From the IMG/VR virus record IMGVR_UViG_3300023109_000009: 64,000 bases of DNA. One strand, 5' to 3'. The notes beneath the pieces were generated by a model. It was not told the origin of the DNA. It saw only the letters and a list, made by a program, of their open reading frames with translations, and did no database searches. Source of the DNA: an uncultured virus (IMG/VR IMGVR_UViG_3300023109_000009) (taxonomy: Duplodnaviria; Heunggongvirae; Uroviricota; Caudoviricetes). Every line of letters begins with the position of its first letter. Position 1 is the first letter of the stretch. The translations under genes were made by a program, and so were the position numbers. This document shows, piece after piece, positions 58,901-64,000 of the stretch.

Positions 58901-61383
58901 CGGACATGCGAATTTCCGATACTACGGCTAATGGCACGAACCTCGATACATTCTTTACAGATTATATTTTAAACAACCCAGGCCCAATCAAAGGGTTCTA
59001 TAAGGTCATTTCAATTGATGATCCTACAAAATATGTTGTTTATTCTATTACTGGTGGTTCGAGTTCTCTCACGAATTACAGATTAACCAGTCAACATGTC
59101 GCAAGTGCTACAGGTGCTACGGCCGCATACTTTACATCTAACCCATCCGTGTTCATCACATTCAGCAGAAATGGTGACGATGGACCTCAGGGTATTCAAG
59201 GTTTCCAAGGTTCTCAGGGTCTACAAGGTGTTCAAGGTGAACCTGGTCAGGGTGTACAGGGTATTCAAGGTTCTCAGGGATTACAAGGTCTTCAAGGTAG
59301 CCCAGGTGAGGCCGGTGCATTTGGTGGTGTAACATTTGATTACACATTCCGCACCAATACTGATATGGGTACTGCACCATCATTCGGTGAATTGAAGGTT
59401 AATAACGGATCTGCAAACATTGCAACCTCTCTATCGATTCACCACAGAGATGATAACTTTGTCGATATCAGTCAATATTTAGCAACGATTGATGATTCTT
59501 CAAGCCCGATCAAAGGTCACTTTAGAATCTCAGAAAAGGCACAGCCATCTAACTTCCTATTATATACCATCAGTGGACAAACTGTCAATGGTTCGTGGAA
59601 TGTGGTTTCGTGTTCATTTGTTGACGGATCACTTGGATCTGGTACATTTGCAGATAGTGAAGACATAGTCATTACCTTTGCTAGAACTGGTGATGCTGGA
59701 CCTCAAGGTCCCGATGGTAACCAAGGTACTCAAGGTATTCAAGGCTATCAAGGTTTCCAAGGTGAAGCTGGAGATGGTAACCAAGGTACTCAAGGTTCAC
59801 AAGGTACTCAGGGTCTGCAAGGTGATCCGGGTGGCCCAGGTAATGATGGACCTCAGGGTGCTCAGGGCTTCCAAGGTGTTCAAGGCTTCCAAGGTGGTGA
59901 TGGTTTCCAAGGCCCACCTGGTGCTGGAGAACAAGGTACTCAAGGTTTCCAAGGGCCACAAGGACCTCAAGGATTCACCGGTTCTGGTGGTGATGGTAAC
60001 CAAGGTGCTCAGGGCTATCAAGGTGCACAAGGTGCTCAAGGACCACAGGGTTTCCAAGGTTTAGACGGTGGCGAAGGCCAACCAGGTGGACCCGGCCAAC
60101 AAGGTCTGCAGGGATTGCAGGGATTGCAAGGTATCCAAGGTCAAGGTGGTGATGGTGGTGATGGTACTCAGGGCCAACAAGGTACTCAAGGTACGCAAGG
60201 CCGTCAAGGAACACAGGGTATTACTGCATCAGGTGGTGTAGGTGCTCAGGGTACACAAGGTTATCAAGGACCACAAGGTATACAAGGTTTTGGTAACGAA
60301 GGTGGCCAAGGTGCTCAAGGACCTCAGGGTACACAGGGACTTCAAGGTACCGATGGATCTGGTGCTCTTGGTAATCAAGGTACTCAAGGTACGCAAGGCC
60401 CACAGGGACTTCAAGGTGACTTGGGTATTGGTGGTGATGGTAACCAAGGTGCTCAAGGACCTCAAGGTTTCCAAGGCTTGCAAGGTACTACTGTAAGTGC
60501 AGATGATGGTCCTCAAGGTATGCAAGGTTTCCAAGGTGCTCAAGGTTTCGCAGGAGAACAGGGTGCTCAAGGTTTCACTGGTTCTTCCGATATTGGTGCT
60601 CAGGGACCTCAGGGTGCTCAGGGCTTCAATGGTAACGACGGTGCTCAAGGTGCTCAAGGTTTCACTGGTGCTGCTGATGAAGGTTCTCAGGGATCACAAG
60701 GACCTCAGGGAGCTCAGGGATATCAAGGATTCCAAGGTTTCACTGGTGCTGGTGCTCAAGGTTTCACTGGATTCCAAGGTTTCCAAGGTGCTCAGGGTAT
60801 TCAAGGTGACGATGGTGGTGCTGGAACGACCGCTTCGGTTAACGTATTAGACATTCACCAATCGGGTCTTCAAACAACCGCGATGTATGTGAACTTTGTA
60901 CAGGGTGGAACTGGTAACAGACCTCTATATGGTACATTCACACCTAGCCCATATAGTGTAGAAAACTTGACCTATACTGCATCTTCCGGTATTTTACAAT
61001 TAGAAAATATGGTGATGTATGGTAATCTTACTTTAACTCAGAATAGTTCGATTACCAATTCTTATGATTCGGTCGTTGATATCGTGGGTTCTTTAGAGGT
61101 CACAAATGATATTATTACTGCATCCGATGCTCGATTCAAGGATAACGTCACTCCGGTGAGTGATGCCCTTGACAAGGTTATGAGAATGCGTGGTGTAAAT
61201 TACTTCCTCAAAGGTGAAAACGAATTAAAGCTTGGTCTGATCGCTCAAGAAGTACAAGAGGTGTTGCCAGAGGTAGTATATGGTGACGAGAATCTTGGTG
61301 TTTCTTATCAGAATATTGTTGCACTACTGATCGAAGCTATCAAAGAACAACAGGAGCAGATCAACTTATTGAGAGGTAACTAA
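55939..61383 (+). CDS. Collagen-like fibre with repeated globular domains and C-terminal S74 chaperone
   Basis: Long G-X-Q tracts; ASDARFKDN, GLIAQEVQEVLPEVV, LLIEAIKEQ. Confidence 0.92.
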   Translation: MSTRFKSMGAKTITLGQGIPQEFPIQLDPAPFEGSLVYAENGTIKLSDGTAWVDVGAGPAGAQGAQGFNGSQGLQGDYGPGFTIIGSVSDVDSGGDPQATLTAAFSSPNIGEGVIDDADDELWIWDGANWINIGSFRGVQGFQGNQGAQGVQGNIGEEGIQGTRGFRGLQGNQGPQGTQGFQGFQGRQGLQGVQGPQAAQGTQGFQGNQGVQGVQGPQAAQGVQGLQGDQGIQGIQGFNGDDAGSVYEYRLDNSLIEADPGNGDMIWNNPGSPTGDFSAVTTMWIDDEAFYGVSMEGIYQAIAASTAANKAYMKVTKRGRPDDYVVFSIQSMTDSGGYWQVGVTYVAGTAVKENFVEETSPGTFTSYPLLVAFSISGDTGAQGSQGTQGYQGTQGVQGPQGIQGDQGTQGVQGTQGFQGSQGITGAYGGVTFRYNYIQTDVTNSDPTAGFLKGNNGTLGASTQLYIDVTDADGININGMLADFYASTNPNNKGYLKLADASDVYDYALMEVTGGALSGDISSGYHVVEVTGVVNQTFPDGSDLRISFVRTGDQGAQGVQGQQGFQGAQGQQGTQGRQGFQGTQGFQGVQGLQGTQGRQGTQGFQGTQGFQGTQGLQGSTGDFGGLTFDYTFDTAVADADPGQGNLRFDNVAFGSATKMYIDDLTDQGSDLAPLFTELDINSSGVKGLFRIIDATDITQFATFDYTEITDSTGYHTFDVSHIAGVTSFANDADIRITFVRTGDPGAQGLQGSQGVQGSQGLQGSQGVQGSQGFQGGQGVQGIQGLQGQVGDHGGLSWDYLFDTNTSAGSAPTTNSWKIDNTNVTLATKLIIDDIPNDAYNNELDDFFDYLAAIPGTPKGQILIESIADQDGPAGHHFVIYEFTAFNWDSGSELYGIFDVNYIASGAVTSNNWANVTADHGPGTLVHFIPAGPEGAQGAQGLQGFQGIQGNAGAAGGVTFEYNFNSDTNTGSLIGAGELKFNNATLSSATDMRISDTTANGTNLDTFFTDYILNNPGPIKGFYKVISIDDPTKYVVYSITGGSSSLTNYRLTSQHVASATGATAAYFTSNPSVFITFSRNGDDGPQGIQGFQGSQGLQGVQGEPGQGVQGIQGSQGLQGLQGSPGEAGAFGGVTFDYTFRTNTDMGTAPSFGELKVNNGSANIATSLSIHHRDDNFVDISQYLATIDDSSSPIKGHFRISEKAQPSNFLLYTISGQTVNGSWNVVSCSFVDGSLGSGTFADSEDIVITFARTGDAGPQGPDGNQGTQGIQGYQGFQGEAGDGNQGTQGSQGTQGLQGDPGGPGNDGPQGAQGFQGVQGFQGGDGFQGPPGAGEQGTQGFQGPQGPQGFTGSGGDGNQGAQGYQGAQGAQGPQGFQGLDGGEGQPGGPGQQGLQGLQGLQGIQGQGGDGGDGTQGQQGTQGTQGRQGTQGITASGGVGAQGTQGYQGPQGIQGFGNEGGQGAQGPQGTQGLQGTDGSGALGNQGTQGTQGPQGLQGDLGIGGDGNQGAQGPQGFQGLQGTTVSADDGPQGMQGFQGAQGFAGEQGAQGFTGSSDIGAQGPQGAQGFNGNDGAQGAQGFTGAADEGSQGSQGPQGAQGYQGFQGFTGAGAQGFTGFQGFQGAQGIQGDDGGAGTTASVNVLDIHQSGLQTTAMYVNFVQGGTGNRPLYGTFTPSPYSVENLTYTASSGILQLENMVMYGNLTLTQNSSITNSYDSVVDIVGSLEVTNDIITASDARFKDNVTPVSDALDKVMRMRGVNYFLKGENELKLGLIAQEVQEVLPEVVYGDENLGVSYQNIVALLIEAIKEQQEQINLLRGN
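56110..60810 (+). repeat. Interrupted 9-nt-period coding repeats (CAAGGTNNN) encoding collagen triplets
   Basis: Many caaggt/cagggt units in phase with G-X-Q codons. Confidence 0.9.
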
Positions 61384-61386
61384 ATT

Positions 61387-62079
61387 ATGCCGTTACAAAC
61401 ATTTGGTACCATAAGCATGAACAATATCAGAAGTGAGTTCGGCATCGGTGGCACCGTAGGTTTGGGTAGTACATTTACAGCAGATGCAACTGATCCCTAT
61501 ATCGGAACGATTCCTACAACCGGTGGGGTGTCTGTACAGCTAACTAACTTCTATGGCTCATCCAGACGTACAGCAAGAATGGGTCGGCCTGGGTTCGGTA
61601 ACCAAGCAACATCTAGTGGTTATCTTAATCGTAGAATAGGCTGGTCTTTGACCGATGGTAGCCAATTTTGGCTCTACGAATACGGATCACAAAACGTAGC
61701 ATTTGGCTCTATCACTCGATATACTGGTCTTTCTACTACGTCTCAGTTAGGTGGTATATGGGTCACACAGTATAATTACGGTGGGTCTAACACATACCCC
61801 ATTTTCAATATATCACATAGAAGTTCTTCAAACAGCGGCTGGACAAGATTTTACATCAAGGGTCCTACGTTCCCTAGTGGAGTCACAAGAGAGTATACGG
61901 TTACCAGAACCTCAGCTGCGATGTTTAATAGACCGAATTATGGTACTACCGAACAGAGAAATTATTATGCTTGGAGATGGGTTTGGTATACAGGCGACAT
62001 CACCAATCTAAGAAACATAGCTAATTTGATTGTCTATTGTAGAATATATAATAGATCACTTTTTGTTAAATTCACGTGA
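61387..62079 (+). CDS. Putative fibre-tip adhesin
   Basis: GTISMNNIRSEFG...IPTTG...NFYG N-terminal motif, directly after an S74 fibre; aromatic-rich C-terminus. Confidence 0.55.
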   Translation: MPLQTFGTISMNNIRSEFGIGGTVGLGSTFTADATDPYIGTIPTTGGVSVQLTNFYGSSRRTARMGRPGFGNQATSSGYLNRRIGWSLTDGSQFWLYEYGSQNVAFGSITRYTGLSTTSQLGGIWVTQYNYGGSNTYPIFNISHRSSSNSGWTRFYIKGPTFPSGVTREYTVTRTSAAMFNRPNYGTTEQRNYYAWRWVWYTGDITNLRNIANLIVYCRIYNRSLFVKFT

Positions 62080-62087
62080 GGTTATAA

Positions 62088-62621
62088 ATGATTACGTACA
62101 AGATTATGAATATTGATAATATTCGAAGAACAATGTATATTCGATACAGTAAACCAGATTATGATGATTTTTTCGTACAGTGGGCATATGAACCACCACT
62201 GTCGGATGCTGAAGCACATAAAATATGTGTTGATGGTGTCGACGAAGCAGTACATCATTGGGAGTTACAAGACACCGCGGAAGCATTTACGCTTGGGATG
62301 TCAGATACTGGTATTATTAAGAATAAAGTTTTTGATGAAACACCAGACTACAGTACCCTCACTCAAAAATTAGAAGAGGTCAGAACCGAGACCGAAGACA
62401 CCATTCGCATTTCTTTTAATGTCGTTCCGTTATCACAAGAAGAGGCGGAAATGAGTATTAGACAGCAAAGAGATGATTTTCTCTTTCAAAGTGATATTCA
62501 CGCATTAGCTGATAGGGAGATTTCAGACGAGATGGTTGCTTACAGGCAAGCATTGAGAGACGTTACTGATCAGAGTGGTTTTCCGTTCACTGTTATCTGG
62601 CCGGTCCGACCCATAGACTAA
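62088..62621 (+). CDS. Tail fibre assembly chaperone (Tfa-like)
   Basis: IRQQRD..L..SD...YRQALRDVTDQSGFP..VIWP.RP. Confidence 0.85.
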   Translation: MITYKIMNIDNIRRTMYIRYSKPDYDDFFVQWAYEPPLSDAEAHKICVDGVDEAVHHWELQDTAEAFTLGMSDTGIIKNKVFDETPDYSTLTQKLEEVRTETEDTIRISFNVVPLSQEEAEMSIRQQRDDFLFQSDIHALADREISDEMVAYRQALRDVTDQSGFPFTVIWPVRPID

Positions 62622-62622
62622 T

Positions 62623-63681
62623 ATGAATACTGTTAAATTTTATGTCTTAACTTGTAGGAATCTAGCTGCTCTTAGAAGACATGAAAAAATAATCCCAAAA
62701 GAGGATATGTGTATTATCATTAATACACTCAATCCTCATTACGAAGCAGACGCAATTTCGTATTGCCAAACTGCTGGGATTGAATATCACGTAACAGTAA
62801 GTGATGGTACGGCTGCAACCGGAAAAAATGCATTCTTAGATACGTTCGAGGCTTCCGACAATGATTATGCAGTTCTCATTGATGGTGACGATTTCGTAAC
62901 ACCACACGGAGTCTGGACGTATAAACAAATGGCAAATATTGATGTCGTTCCCGATGTCTTAGCTCTCGAATATCAATATGCCAATTACAGAGCATGGGGC
63001 TATGATATTCACATGCCCGACGTTGTTGAAGATTGGGATGTACATGATCCGGATCTAATACCGGCTTGGGGAACAAGAGCCTTTTGCATGAATAAGGCTT
63101 GGTGGAACGAAGCTCTTGCCGGCGAACTCATTAAAGACGATGAGAGTGATCCCGATGATTTTGCCAAAACATTCAACGAGGTCCATACATCATGGGCAAA
63201 TCATTGCTACAAATATATTAATAATTGGGAAACACATTGTAGAATAGTGTGGTTCTCAAAGACAGCAGCAAATGGTTTTCGCTTTGATAATACATTCCGG
63301 GTCGGCGAAGATACCATGATGTATTTTGAATATAAACATGCCCATATGCAGGGCGACCTTATTATGAAGCATTTATTTGATAGGTACCCAACCTATGTCT
63401 ATGATACGCGCATTGGTGGGGTTGTTGAGGAAGAGAAAGACAAAAACGGATGCGATGTTGGATTTGTTGCTTGGCTCACTATTTTAAATCAAGCATATGA
63501 TGAATTAGAGGCTGCAGGCAAGATGCACGAAGAAAGATTGCCTGAATTAAAAGTTCATACATATACAGCCCCAGAAGATACATTCAATGAAGCTGACTGG
63601 GATATAATTTGGCCAGAAAATTATAGGCCAGATACATTAGGAGTCGTCAACTACCCCGGCAAGAGAATCATCAAGCTCTAA
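62623..63681 (+). CDS. GT-A/GT2-like glycosyltransferase
   Basis: SDGTAATGKN, YAVLIDGDDF (DxD), GED. Confidence 0.6.
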   Translation: MNTVKFYVLTCRNLAALRRHEKIIPKEDMCIIINTLNPHYEADAISYCQTAGIEYHVTVSDGTAATGKNAFLDTFEASDNDYAVLIDGDDFVTPHGVWTYKQMANIDVVPDVLALEYQYANYRAWGYDIHMPDVVEDWDVHDPDLIPAWGTRAFCMNKAWWNEALAGELIKDDESDPDDFAKTFNEVHTSWANHCYKYINNWETHCRIVWFSKTAANGFRFDNTFRVGEDTMMYFEYKHAHMQGDLIMKHLFDRYPTYVYDTRIGGVVEEEKDKNGCDVGFVAWLTILNQAYDELEAAGKMHEERLPELKVHTYTAPEDTFNEADWDIIWPENYRPDTLGVVNYPGKRIIKL

Positions 63682-63715
63682 TCCGTCTATTCTTTCGGTT
63701 CCTTAACCCAATAAT

Positions 63716-63723
63716 TATAAATA
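63716..63723 (+). promoter_or_regulatory. Late promoter
   Basis: Exact TATAAATA. Confidence 0.8.
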
Positions 63724-63741
63724 GAGAAAAAAGGAATTGAC

Positions 63742-64000
63742 ATGTCCTCAAGAGCAAATATTTACATTGATCAGGCAGCAGACTTTCGTGTCAGCCTCGA
63801 GCTATTCGACGCCGACGACGATGAGCTGTTAATTGATAGCTACAACTTCTTTGCCAGTATGCGTAAAACATACGGCTCCACAAAGATAGCAGATTTCGAT
63901 ATTGAAAAGTCTGGTAATGACATTGCGCTCGTTCTTAAGGATGAAGTCACAAAAACTCTTAAGCCCGGTAAATATCAATACGATGTACTGATGGAAAAAC
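63742..64000 (+). CDS. Small virion structural protein (BppU-like), truncated by window end
   Basis: Manual translation MSSRANIYIDQAADF...ASMRK...LKPGKYQYDVLM; AAGGA RBS. Confidence 0.7.
   Translation, partial: MSSRANIYIDQAADFRVSLELFDADDDELLIDSYNFFASMRKTYGSTKIADFDIEKSGNDIALVLKDEVTKTLKPGKYQYDVLMEK

Noticed and set aside
56033..60850. Many alternative-frame and antisense ORFs (KVFKV, LEYLE, TLSTL repeats), and a possible CRISPR-like array
   Set aside because: They are shadows of the 9-nt collagen codon periodicity; there is no repeat-spacer structure.
1..64000. tRNA/rRNA genes, integrase or transposase, reverse transcriptase/DGR, alternative genetic code
   Set aside because: Intergenic gaps are short with no cloverleaf seen, no such protein motifs were found, and core genes translate intact with the standard code.

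Overview
A 64 kb segment of a T4-like (Tevenvirinae/Kyanoviridae-type) myovirus genome, probably marine; the host cannot be determined from this window. The left ~16.6 kb is an early replication module (gp46, gp43 DNA polymerase, dexA, gp45, gp44, gp62, regA, dUTPase) driven by five perfect sigma70 promoters. It is interleaved with a nucleotide-sugar/modification cluster (FkbM methyltransferase, kinase-nucleotidyltransferase fusion, TAGT/GREB1-like glycosyltransferase, SDR epimerase, UDP-glucose dehydrogenase, second GT) and ends with hsp20 and a peroxiredoxin. The rest is a late, TATAAATA-promoter virion module: tape measure-like gene, gp51, gp26, gp54-like, gp2 and gp4 on the minus strand, then gp48, split gp53, gp27-like, gp5, an M15 peptidase protein, gp25, gp6, gp7, gp9-like, an S8 protease, gp8, VrlC-like, fibres, a 3371-aa giant protein and a collagen fibre. 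Main finds: (1) the giant virion protein carries 11 tandem modules resembling phycobiliprotein globin domains, each with the bilin-attachment C-x-R-D motif; (2) a T8 slippery site predicts a -1 frameshifted gp26-gp51 fusion like lambda G/GT; (3) a ROSE-like RNA thermometer precedes hsp20; (4) a candidate DNA or virion glyco-modification pathway. All assignments come from motif recognition by eye; no searches were run.
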